Part shown: positions 24,866-42,480 of the stretch, one piece after another
How the letters are laid out: every line of letters starts with the position of its first letter
How positions within the stretch are numbered: the first letter of the stretch is position 1
Source: the human T2T-CHM13v2.0 reference genome, Homo sapiens
Assembly: GCF_009914755.1 (NCBI RefSeq)
Contig: NC_060935.1
Length of the DNA: 64,000 nt
Direction: 5' to 3' (one strand)
Notes under the pieces: generated by a model
What the model was told of the DNA's origin: nothing
Database searches by the model: none
Seen by the model: only the letters and a program-made list of their open reading frames with translations
Program-made: the position numbers and the translations under genes

Positions 24866-25309
24866 CATCTACGTAACAATAAACTGTGACAGACAGGCCC
24901 TGTGATTGCCATCAAGGTCTTTCCTTGAGACAGAGGAATGTACAGGAAGAATTGCAGAGTACCTTTCCTGCCAGAGTACTGTGATTAAACATCTTAATAA
25001 ATTAAATCTGGACCCTCTGATAGGACTTTAGTAATGGCTTTTGTATTTATTTTGCATTAAAGCTTTATAGCTCCTAGATTATATTGCAGATACTAATAGT
25101 CTCCCAAGTAGTTAGGCAGGAACAAAATATCTCTAAAAATCAAGTCAGCGACTGCCCTCTGCAAATATATTTCTGGGTTCACAGTTACTTCCCTGCTACA
25201 GGGTGACTGGCCCAACTCAGATCCCAAGTGCAGACTTGGAAGACTTGCTCATGAGATGGAAATTTCTGCTAATAGCAGGAATCCATCAGTCAAATACCCC
25301 AAGGTACAG

Positions 25310-25625
25310 AGGTAATTTCTAGCAAAGGTTTTTGTGGCATTAATTTGTTTTACTCTGACAACTTGATTAATCAGTTTTATTGTGACAACTTGTTTTTCTG
25401 CAATGCTGCCTAATCAGAGAGCTGTCACCAAAATATTTTATGGCTTCCCTATTTTCCATCACAAATCAAAAACTCCAGCAACAGCTCACCAACATAAGAA
25501 GCAGCGATAATTAAAATGCATTCCGACAGAATTAGGAGGCATTCAGTTGGGTGATGTTATTAGGAGAGATTACACTTTTCAGAGAAAGGAACAATCAGAT
25601 GGTACTCTTTCTAAGTAATTATGCA
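25310..25625. promoter_or_regulatory. Candidate developmental enhancer (homeodomain/TALE motif cluster)
   Basis: Repeat-free; TGATTAATCA, three TGACA, TTTTATGG, two TAATTA, AACAAT, CAGATG; motif evidence only. Confidence 0.4.
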
Positions 25626-26126
25626 GCTTCCCTGGTGAATCTCAAATGCCACACCTGCATAAAAGTTTAGGGTGTGAGATGAGAGTTTTGCATGTACCTC
25701 TGCTGGATGCCCATGGTTTTCACTGTTGGATCTTGGAAAAGCAGCGTCTCTGCTCTTAGTTGACCCTCAGGAGCACACCCGTGAGGATCCACCCAATAGT
25801 CAGCAGGAAATAAAAGAAACTTGTCAGGAATAGACAGTGCCAGAAGAAGAGCTCAGGAACCCCACCTCCACCCTCTTTTTAGGAGCTGTGCAGCGAGTGA
25901 GGGGAGAGTATGTGAGAATGGTGAGGAGCTGAGAAAATGTAGAGAAGGGTATGAGGGTGTACATCTTTCAGAGGGGAATAGTAAGCGATTGTTTTCAAGA
26001 ATTCATAAGGTTTACATTTCTGCTTTTTTGCTTACACACAGCAGAGATGGTGAAGTGATGCACTGAAAACATAGTCCTGCAACAATTCAACTCCACTAGA
26101 TTGTTAATATCTGTAAAAAAAAACCC

Positions 26127-26370
26127 ATAACAATAATGGCTACTATTTCTTAAGTGTTTACAATGTGTTAGGTACTGAGTAAGTAGCTTTATATACATGT
26201 CATTATTTAATCATCACAACAACCCTATAAAGTAGGCATTATCAGCTCCATTTTTCCAGGGAGGGAAACTGAGGCTGGCAGAGGTTAAGTAACTTGCTCA
26301 AGGTCTCACAACAAGTAAGTAAGTGACAGCGCTAAGATTCAAATGCAGGTCAGTCTCAAGTTATTCCACT
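26127..26370 (-). mobile_element. MIR SINE
   Basis: tttaatcatcacaacaaccctat...ggaaactgaggctggcagaggttaagtaacttgctcaaggtc. Confidence 0.85.
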
Positions 26371-27254
26371 GGGCTTCACCAGGGTTCCCCTTGTTATCTC
26401 CCTGCCTGGGGCAATCCTGTTGGGGGCCTGATTTCCTTCTTGCAGGGAATGGCACCGGCTGCATCGGATGATCTGCCATCTGTTCAGATGCAGATGGAGA
26501 GGCTTCCTGACTCATGGTCAGGTTGGGTGCATGCAGCAGATCCAGCCATGTGTGCAGAAGTGTGGAGGGCAGGAGAGACCAGTTCCCATTTCATCAGGCA
26601 GCCTGTCTCCTTGCCATCCTGAGTTATGAATGGGCCACGTATGCTCTCCAGGGAGGGGTCCTGATTTGCAAGAGCTATGAAGATGAGTATTATGATAAGC
26701 AAGACATTTATGGCCCCAGATGCCACAGGGCACAAAAGTCAATATGTTACATGCTCATTTAGCACGTTTGACTCTAATGAAACAGGTTGGAAATAATTGG
26801 CTTTTAAAGAAATGCTGCATTTCATTTCATTTCAGTCAGAAGGCACGTACCCACTGCATGGTTGTAACTCCAGCCTTCACAAATTTACCTCATTCTGAGA
26901 TTGGCAAGTGGGTGATGGTGGGGGAAATAAATGCATATGTATAGGGGACAAAATGGCAAAGAAGGCATCCCTGTAAGGACTGTACGAAGCTAGATATTTT
27001 TCATAATTGTGTAAAGTTCCCAAAATACCAGGAGTTCCTTGGCAGTTGGGCTTTTTCAATCTGGTGGTATTTCCTTAGACATGTGCTCATTATTTCCCTA
27101 CCAGCTGATCAAGGTCTAGCATCCCTGGCCTGGGATGGTTGGAAATAATTTCTCCTTTCCTCTTTCATTGATCTCCAGTTGAACTTTATGAAATAGTGAA
27201 TGGTATGATGCTTGATAGTGGTAAGTTTTAGAATCAGCAAAAAGATGTACTTTT

Positions 27255-27952
27255 ATGGCAACCAGGGTCTTGTTGGTAAAGTAAAAATTATACTAGTTAT
27301 TTCTACAGGGAGAATTGGCTATAGGGAATTGATTCAACAGGTGTTAGAGAACTGAAAAAGCAACAAGGTAATACTGAGGTAACACAGAGACAGTAACTGC
27401 ATGAAGCAGCTACCATCCTAGGGCTGGGGGAACACAGGGGAGAGACTGAGGTTATCAGAACCTAGGAGCTCTGAGGAGAATCCAGCATGGTTGGGACTCA
27501 GACCTTTGGAGGAGGGGGCTCTAGCTAGTTGGTGTTAATACCCCAGGAGCTCACAGGAGGATTCTCAGCCTCGTCGATCTGAGGCTCAGACTTTTGAGGG
27601 AGGGGCTACACCTGGATGGTTCTAGTATCTCTGAGGGCTACAATAAGGCTGATTCCAGGAGTGTGAAAAGAAACTGGAAAATGGAACTAACTTCTACTGG
27701 AACCAGCTGCAGCTGCATGTGTGAGGTACTGTTATGGGGGTGACACTGAAAGGAAATGGAAGTGGACAGGAAGGAGCGTGCCTTCTTCTTCTAACCTCCC
27801 AGAGTCTCCCTAGCTTCCCTCTATTGGCAGAGCCTAATAGGAGGCTGGCTGGCAAAGCAGAGATGTGGTTTGCAGGGTACCATCCCCATTGAAAAGTAGA
27901 GGATAAAAAGGCAGATATGAAACTGAGAGACAATAGCTTAATAACAGGCACA
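27255..27952 (-). mobile_element. ERVL-class solo LTR (LTR41/LTR33-like)
   Basis: cagtaactgcatgaagcagctaccatcctagggctgg...cctctattggcagagcctaa...ctgagagacaatagcttaataacaggcaca. Confidence 0.6.
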
Positions 27953-29360
27953 AACTGTAGAATACATCATCATAGCTGGGAGCATGCAAGAAAGGAGCTT
28001 CTCAGATCTGACAAGACCCCATGCCTTGTGTGCTTTTTGTCACTGCCCATTAAAGGATGTGGAGGGCAAAGACAACCAGGTTCAGATTTGCTGCATTTTC
28101 TCTGACCCTGTGTGGCTACTTCTGATAATATTCTCTATCCTTAGTTAAATATATTAATGCCTTAATCTGACCTTTGTGTGTGAGTGTATTTTCTTCGTGC
28201 CAATCTACAATCATCAAAAAGCTGAAGTTAGTGCAAGAAGTACAATTGTCATCAAATCCCCACCCATGGGGTTAATTTTGGAAGGAGTGTCAGGAAAGGA
28301 GTGGAGAAAAATGGGGTCTTGAGAGTGTTTTAGTCAAGGCTATTGCATGAGAACTGTAGGAATAGGCTTAAGATAGGGAGACTGACTTCAAAGGGAAATT
28401 TGAAGATCTAGTGTTACATTATTACTTTCACATCTGTGAGTTAATCTTTGTTTTTACGGAAAAGTCTTTTGAGAGCTACGACCTTGGCTTTCACTGTTTT
28501 GTTCAAGCCAAATGAGTTTTTAAAACTGTCTTTCAGAGGTTAGAGTCCCAGAAATAATTTTATACAAGAAAGGTGAGTTTTAAGAAGAATATTACAAATA
28601 CCAAATTGAAATAGTCTCAAGATAGTTCAACTCAAGTGTCAAGTAACTAAATTTGGCCATAATTTGGTTTAGTAATTAGGATGACTGTTCTGAAATGTAG
28701 TTGACAAAGAAAAACAGGAGGACCTGGCCACAGGCTTGGACAATTAGGATTGAAAACTTTATCTCCAGGATTAGAGGTCTTGGGAAGGTCACACCCTCTT
28801 TCCCTTTATTTGGGTCACTTTAGAGTCTTGGTCTGAGGCCATGGCTTCTGCAACTTTGCACTTACTAAGGCTGACTGAGCTCTCTCTGGAATTTTCTGTC
28901 AGGCCTAGCACATTCATCCCATGCCTTAGCTGGGCCTCGCTGAACTGAAAGTGGCCAAGGACAGATGATGGAGGAATCAGATGGGGCATGGTGAGGAAAC
29001 CACATTCTTCTGAAAGAGAAGTGGGAAAAAGGACATTGTTGGTTTAGATGAAGGGCTGTTCAGGAGGTTGAGCCCCACAAAGGAGGCTGACTGAGTCTTT
29101 CCAAAGGTATCTGAAATCAGTTTAGGTCATCTGGCCTCCTCTCTGAGGCGCTGGTGGCTCCTTGTGAAAGTGATGCTTACTAGTGTCTCCTTTGCTTCAA
29201 TGCATAAAACAGATAACCAAGAAAATCTCTTTACCTAGATCTAACTTGGTTGTGCAAAATGGGAAACTCTATTGTTAGCCTTTAGGCAGACAGTTTATCC
29301 TAAATAACTAAGTTTCTAGGGATCACATGCGTAGAAATTTTCTTAAAAAATAAATAGTGG

Positions 29361-29675
<315 letters not shown>

Positions 29676-30117
29676 TTAGTACATGATCAACTTGTTTGAA
29701 CTTGATGAAACAATATCGGACTTTGTGGGTCCTACCCATGAAGTTGCCGTGAAGAAAGTGACTAAATTTCCTTTCTCTTGCGGTTGGACAGTCATGACAA
29801 AATGTAAACTACACTCATGGTACTTTTTCGTTGTTGTAAGGAATCAGGTTTCTTGCTGTAAAGGCAAATGACTAAACCTTATTTTGATTGTTACTGGAAT
29901 TGACATTGAGTGTTAAGAATATGTAATGTGAATATAATGCTGAAACTGAAATGTGTTCTACCTTAAATGTCTTTTATGGTTTGAGGTTGTTCTTGAGAAG
30001 CCAAGTCAATATTGCATACATTTTAAGAGCCTTACAGACTTTGTTCCACTTGAACCTTTGGAAAGAGACAAAGTCACTTAGAATTCTTGATTTTGTTTTA
30101 ATTGGATTTTCTGATAC

Positions 30118-30180
30118 TCTTTTGTTATTAATATATCATAATTGTACATATTTTTTGGGTTCATGTGATTTTATATTTAT
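30118..30180 (-). mobile_element. L1MA-type 3' terminus fragment
   Basis: ataattgtacatattttttgggttcatgtgatttt resembles the reverse L1MA 3' end. Confidence 0.45.
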
Positions 30181-30230
30181 TTTTTAATTATTAGGAATAT
30201 TTCTGATATTGATCTTTTAAAAGAAACAAT

Positions 30231-33200
30231 AGAAGATGGCCGAATAGGAACAGCTCCTGGCTGTAGCTCCCAGTGAGACCAATGCAGAAGGTGGGTGATT
30301 TCTGCATTTCCAACTGAGTACCTAGTTCATCTCATTGGGACTGGGTAGACAGTGGGTGCAGCCCACAGAGGGCAAGCAGAAGCAGGGTGGGAAGTCACCT
30401 CACCTGGGAAGTGCAAGGGGCCGGGACCTCCCTCCCCTAGCCAAGGGAAGCCGTGAGGGACTATGCTATACAGCCCAGATACTATGCTTTTCCCACGGTT
30501 TTTGCAACCTGCAGACCAGGAGATTCCTTCATGTGCCTACACCACCAGGGCCCTGGGTTTCAAGCACAAAACTGAGTGGCTGTTTGGGCAGACACAGGGC
30601 TAGCTGCAGGAGTTTATTTTTCATACCCCCGTGGCACCTGGAACCCCAGTGAGACAGAACCATTCACTCCCCTGGAAAGGGGACTGAAGCCAGGGGGCCA
30701 AGTGGTCTTACTCAGCAGGTCCCACTCCCACAAAGACCAGCAAGCTAAGAACTACTGGCTTAAAATTCTCGCTGCCAGCACAGCAGTCTGAAGTCGACCT
30801 GGGACGCTTGAGCTTGGTAGGGAGAGGGGCATCCACCATTACTGAGGCTCAAGTAGGCAGCTTTCCCCTCACAGTGTAAACAAAGTTACTGGGAAGTTCG
30901 GACTGGGTGGAGCTCACTGCAGAACAGCAAAGTCGCTGTGGCGAGACTGCCTCTCTAGATTCCTCCTCACTGGGTAGGGCATCTCTGAAAGGAAGGCAGT
31001 AGCCCCAGTCAGGGGCTTATAGATAAAACTCCCATCTCCCTGGGACAGAGTGCCTGGGGGAAGGGCAGGCTGTGGGCACAGCTGCAGCAGACTTAAATTG
31101 TCCTGCCTGCTGGCTCTGAAGAGAGCAGCAGATCTCCCAGCACAGTGCTCAAGCTCTGCTAAGGAAAAGACTGCCTCCTCAAGTGGGTCCCTGACCCCCG
31201 TGCCTCCTGGCTGGGAGAAACCTCCCAGCAGGGGTCAACAGACACCTCATACAGAAGAGCTCTGGCTTGCATCAGGCAGGTGCCCCTCCGAGATGAAGGG
31301 TATTCAAATAGAAAGAGAGGAAGTCAAATTGTCTCTGTTTGCAGATTATTGTATATTTCGAAAACCCCATCATCTCAGCCCAAAAACTCTTTAAGCTGAT
31401 AAGCAACTTCAGCAAAATCTCAGGATACAAAATCAATGAGCAAAAATCACAAGCATTCCTATACACCAATAATAGAGAGACAAATCATGAGTGAACTTCC
31501 ATTCACAATTGCTACAAAGGGAATAAAATACCTAGGAATATAACTTACAAGGGACATGAACAACCTCTTCAAGGAGAACTATAAACCACTCCTCAAGGAA
31601 ATAAGAGAGGACACAAACAAATGGAAAAACATTCCATGTTCATGGATAGGAAGAAGCAATGTCGTGAATATGGCCATACTGCCCAAACTAATCTATAGAT
31701 CCAATGCTATTCCCATCAAGCTACTATTGACTTTCTTCACAGAATTAGAAAAAACTGCTTTAAATTTCATATGGAGCCAAAATAGGGCCTGTTTAGCCAA
31801 GACAATCCTAAGCAAAAGAACAAAGCTGGTGGCATCATGCTACCCAACGTCAAACTGTACTACAAGCCTACAGTAACCAAAACAGCATGATACTGGTACC
31901 AAAACAGATATATAGCCCAATGGAACAGAACAGAGGCCTCAGAAATAAGACCACACATCTACAACCATTTGATCTTCGACAGACCTGACAAAAACAAGCA
32001 ATGGGGAAAGGATTCCTTATTTAATAAGTGGTACTGGGAAAACTGGCTAACCATATGCAGAAAATGAAAACTGGACCCCTTCCTTACACCTTATACAAAA
32101 ATTAACTCGAGATGGGTTAAAGAATTAAATGTAAAACCCAAAACCATAAAAACCCTAGAAGGAAACCTAGGCAATACCATTCAGGACATAGGCATGGACA
32201 AAGACTTCATGACTAAAATGCCAAAAGCAATGGCAACAAAAGCCAAAGTTGACTAATGGGATCTGATTAAACTAAAGAGCTTCTGCACAGCAAAAGAAAC
32301 TATCATCAGAGTGAACAGGCAACCTACAGAATGGGGGAAAATTTTTGCAATCTATCCGTCTGACAAAGGGCTAATATCCAGAATTTAAAAGGAACTTACA
32401 AATTTACAAGAAAAAAACAACCAACCCTATCAAATAGTGGGCAAAGGATATGAACAGATACTTCTCAAAAGAAGACATTTATGCAGCCAACAAACGTACC
32501 AAAAAAAGCTCATCATCACTGGCCATTAGAGAAATGCAAATCAAAACCACAATGAGATACTATCTCACGCCAGTTAGAATGGCGATCATTAAAAAGTCAG
32601 GAAACAACAGATGCTGGACAGGATGTGGAGAAATAGGAACACTTTTACACTGTTGGTGGGAGTGTAAATTAGTTCAACCATTGTGGAAGACAGTGTGATG
32701 ATTCCTCAAGCGTCTAGAACCAGAAATACCATTTGATCCATCAATCCCAGTACTGGGTATATACCCAAAGGATTATAAATCATTCCATTATAAAGACTCA
32801 TGCACATGTGTGTTTATTGCAGCAGTATTTACAAGAGCAAAGACTTGGAACCAACCCAAATGTCCATCAATGATAGACTGGATAAAGAAAATGTGGCACA
32901 TATACACCATGGAATACTATGTAGCCATAAAAATGGATGAATTCATGTTCTTTTCAGGGACATGGATGAAGCCGGAAACCATCATTCTCAGCTAACGAAC
33001 ACAGGAACAGAAAACCAAACACCACATGTTTTCACTCATAAGTGGGAGTTGAACAATGAGAACACATGGACACAGGAAGGGGAACATCACACACAGGGAC
33101 CTGTTGGGGGTTGGGGGACAAGGAGAGGGAGAGCATTAGGACAAATATCTAATACATGTGGGGCTTAAAACCTAGATGACGGGTTGATGGGTGCAGCAAA

Positions 33201-33280
33201 CCACCATGGCACACGTATACCTATGTAACAAACCTGCACATTCTGCACATGTATTCAACAACTTAAAGTGTAATAAAAAA
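30231..33280 (+). mobile_element. L1PA7/8-like LINE-1: 5'UTR (30231-31298) joined directly to 3' half of ORF2 and 3'UTR
   Basis: 5' start aagatggccgaataggaacagctcc (YY1 site); ORF2 remnants [59 protein letters not shown]; 3'UTR and A tail; frameshifts and stops. Confidence 0.95.
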
Positions 33281-33287
33281 GATAAAA

Positions 33288-39046
<5,759 letters not shown>

Positions 39047-39049
39047 GAA

Positions 39050-39237
39050 GTGTATAAGCATTCCCTTTTCTCTGAATCCTTGCCAACATCTGTTGTTTTT
39101 AGACTTTTTAGTAATAGCTGTTCTTCCTGGTATAAGATGGTGTTGCTTATGGTTTTAATTTGCATTTCTGTGATAATTAGTGATGTTGAGCACTTTTTCA
39201 TGTGTTTCTTGGCTACTTGTATGTTTTCTTTTGAAAA
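39050..39237 (-). mobile_element. L1MA/L1PB ORF2 C-terminal fragment (inverted)
   Basis: Translates [29 protein letters not shown]...[14 protein letters not shown]. Confidence 0.85.
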
Positions 39238-39487
39238 CAGGCAAAGATTTCTTGGATAAGACCTCAAAAACACAGGCAACTAAAGCAAAATATACAAATG
39301 GGATTACAAAATAAAATAGAACTACCATAAGATTCAGCAATCCCACTGCTGGGTATATAGGTATATATCTAACAGATAGGAAATCAGTATATCAAAGTAT
39401 ATCTGCACTCCCATGTTTATTGCAGTACTATTCATTCATAATAACCAAGATGTAACATCAACCTAAGTCTTCATCAACCTAAGTGTT
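39238..39487 (+). mobile_element. L1MA ORF2 fragments
   Basis: ggcaaagatttcttggataagacctcaaaaacacaggcaac; atagaactaccataagattcagcaatcccactgctgggtata. Confidence 0.8.
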
Positions 39488-39497
39488 ACATTCCCAC

Positions 39498-40120
39498 TGT
39501 TGGTGGGAATATAAATTAGTACAACCTTTATGGAAAACAGTATGGAGATTTCCCAAAGAACTCAAAATAGAACTACCATATGATCCAGCAATCTCCCTGC
39601 TGGGTATATACCCAAAGGGAAGGAAATCACTATATCAAGAATATACCTGCACTCATATGTTTACTCACAATAGCAAGGATATGGAATCAACCTAAGTGTC
39701 CTTAAGTGGAGGACTGGATAAAGACAATGTGGTATATACATATACTCCATGGAATACTACTCAGCCACAAGAAAGAATAAAATCATGTCTTTTGCACCAA
39801 CATAGATAGAACCGGGTGACATTATCCTAAATGAAATAATTCAAAAACAGAAAGTCAAATACTGCATGTTCTCACTTATAAATGGGAGCTAAACATTGGT
39901 ACATATGAACATACAGAGTGGAATAATAGACATTGGAGACTCCAAAGGTGAGAAGTGGGAAGCGGGAGTGAAGGTTGAAAGGGTTGAAAAATTACCTACT
40001 GGGTACAATGATCAGTATTTGGGTGATAGGTAAACTAAAAGCTTGGATTTTACTACTGTGCAATATATGCATGTTAAGAAACAGGTACTTGTACCCCTCA
40101 AATATACAAAAATTTAAAAA
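39498..40120 (+). mobile_element. L1MA1-3/L1PB4-like 3' end
   Basis: [19 protein letters not shown] remnant; 3'UTR gagtggaataatagacattggagactcc...cttgtacccctcaaatatac + A tail. Confidence 0.85.
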
Positions 40121-40134
40121 AGGGAAAATATTCT

Positions 40135-40910
40135 TAGGACTAAGTGTAAGTACTTAAAAACTTAAAGTACTGTGAAGAAAGTATAAGAGTAAATGTTTGT
40201 GATCTTGCATTCGAAATTACTTTTAGATATGACACCAATCACAAGCAACAAACGATAAAATTATTTTTAGATATGACACCAAAATTTCAAGCAACAGAAG
40301 AAAAAAACTTCATAAATTGGACTTCATCAAAATAAAAATCTTCTGTGTTTCATCTACAAACTCGGTTCAGTGTATACTGTTCAGGTGATGGGTACACCAA
40401 AAACAAACAAACAAAAAAACTCACAAATCACCACTAAAGAACTTTCTCATATAACCAAATGTCACCTGTTCCCCAAAAACCTATGGAAATAAAACATTTA
40501 AAAAAGTAAAAAGGCAAATCAAATGCAAACAAAAATCACAATGAGATACCACTTCAAGCCCACTATGAAGGCTACAACTAAAATAATAAAAGTTTTGGTG
40601 AGGATTAGAAGAAATTGGGACCTTTCTCCATTACTGGAATGTAAGAAGGAGCAGCAATTTTTGAAACCAGTTTAATAGTTGTAAAAATGTTGAATAGAAT
40701 TACTCTGTGACTCCGGAATTGCACATACATGTATACACACACACACACACATATATATAGCACATGTGCATATATATTTTGTATATGTATGAAATAAAAA
40801 ATACGTTCACAAAAATATTCATAGAAGCATTATTTATTCACAAGAGCCAAAATATGTAAACAATCCAATTTCCGGGAGCTGATGAATGAATTCAAAATGT
40901 GGCAGATTAT
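40135..40910 (+). mobile_element. L1MB-like fragments with a nested L1PB 3' end (~40353-40505) and (CA)n/(TA)n at ~40725-40790
   Basis: ttagatatgacaccaaa...taaattggacttcatcaaaat; L1PB tcacaaatcaccactaaagaact...ccccaaaaacctatggaaataaa. Confidence 0.7.
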
Positions 40911-40914
40911 CAGA

Positions 40915-42480
40915 AGACTGACGCTACAAAACTTCAACACTTACCATAAAGCTGCAGTCATCAAGACAGTGTGGCGTTGGTGAAAGAATGGACAAATACA
41001 TTAACAGAACAGAATAGACATCACAGAAATAGACTCACAAATATAGCTAATTGATATTTGACAAAGGAGCAATGGCAATTTAATGGGAAAGGATATACTT
41101 TTCAACAAGGGGTGCTGGAACAGTTGGACATCCACATTAAAAAAAAAAAAAAGAAATGCATGCACAGACTTTACACCTTTTAGAAAAATTAACTGATAGC
41201 TCTAAGACTCCTAGAAGATAATATAGAAGAAACTCTAGGTGACTTTTAGTTTGGTGATGACTTTTTAGATACAACACTAAAAGCATGATCCATGGAAAAA
41301 AGTAATATATTGGACTTCATTAAAAATAATAACATCTGCTCTGCAAAAAGTATTGTTAAAGGAATGAAAAGATAAACCACAGAGTAGCAGAAAATATTTG
41401 TAAAATGCCTATCTGATAAAGGACTGATATCCAAAGTACACAAAGAACTCTTAAAACTTATTAATAACAATAAGAAAGCAAACAATAAAATTGAAAAATG
41501 GGCAAAAGATCTGAACTCACCTCACAGAAGAAGATAGATAGAAGTCAAATAAGCATATGAAAAGAGGCTTAACATTATGTATCATTAGAGAATTGATTGC
41601 AAATTAAAAGGAGATACTACTACACATCTATTAGATTGTTAAAAGCCAAGGCACTGAAATCACCAAATGCTGGTGAGAATGTGGAACAACAGGAACTCTC
41701 ATTCATTGTTGGTGGGAATGCGTAATGGTGCAGCCATTTTGAAAGCTGGTTTGGCAGGTTCCTACAAAATAAACGTACTCAAACCATATGATTCAGCAAT
41801 CTTCTTCTCCAAATGTTTTGAAAATGTCTGTGGATATAAAAATTTGCATATGAATGTGTATGTCAGCTTTACTGATAATTATTCAAAATGTGGAAGCAAT
41901 CAAGATGTCCTTTAGTAGGTGAATGTATAAACAAACTTTAGTGCATCCATACAATCGAATACTATTCAGTAATAAAAAGAAATGAGCTATCAAGCCACAA
42001 AAAAGTATAGAGTAACCATAAATGTATATTGATAAGATACAAAGGCCAATCTGAAAAGGCACATTCTTTATTAGCCCAACTGTACATCCTTCTGTAAAAC
42101 GCACAACTACAGAGATAGTAAAAAGCTGAGTGAATGCCAGGGAGTTGGGTGGAGGGAGGAGGAATAAATAGAGCATAAGGGACTTTTAAGATAGTGCTCT
42201 ATGATACTGCAACACTAGATACATTTGTCAAAACACAGATTATACAACACAAAGAGAGAACCTTAATGTAAACTATGGATTTTAGTTAATAATAATGTCA
42301 ATATTGGCTCATCAAATGCAAGAAATATACCATATTAATGCAAGATGTTAATAATAGGAGAAACTGGCAGGGATTGGGTGCATATGGGAACTCTCTGAAC
42401 TTTATGTTCAATTTTTCTGTTAATCTAAAACTGCTGAAAAAATAAAGTCTATTAATTGTTTTTTAAAAAGAAAAAAAAGC
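40915..42480 (+). mobile_element. L1MC1/2-like 3' fragment
   Basis: tcaagacagtgtgg...cagaaatagactcac...; 3'UTR aaccttaatgtaaactatgga...gcaagatgttaataatagg...aaaataaagtctatt. Confidence 0.8.

Noticed and set aside
30231-31298. Intact antisense ORF0 in the L1 5'UTR
   Set aside because: No minus-strand ORF of suitable length in the track at the expected place; CpGs are decayed
31290-31305. L1 deletion junction as a spliced retrotransposed product
   Set aside because: No GT donor follows the 5' breakpoint in the recalled consensus; microhomology explains the join better
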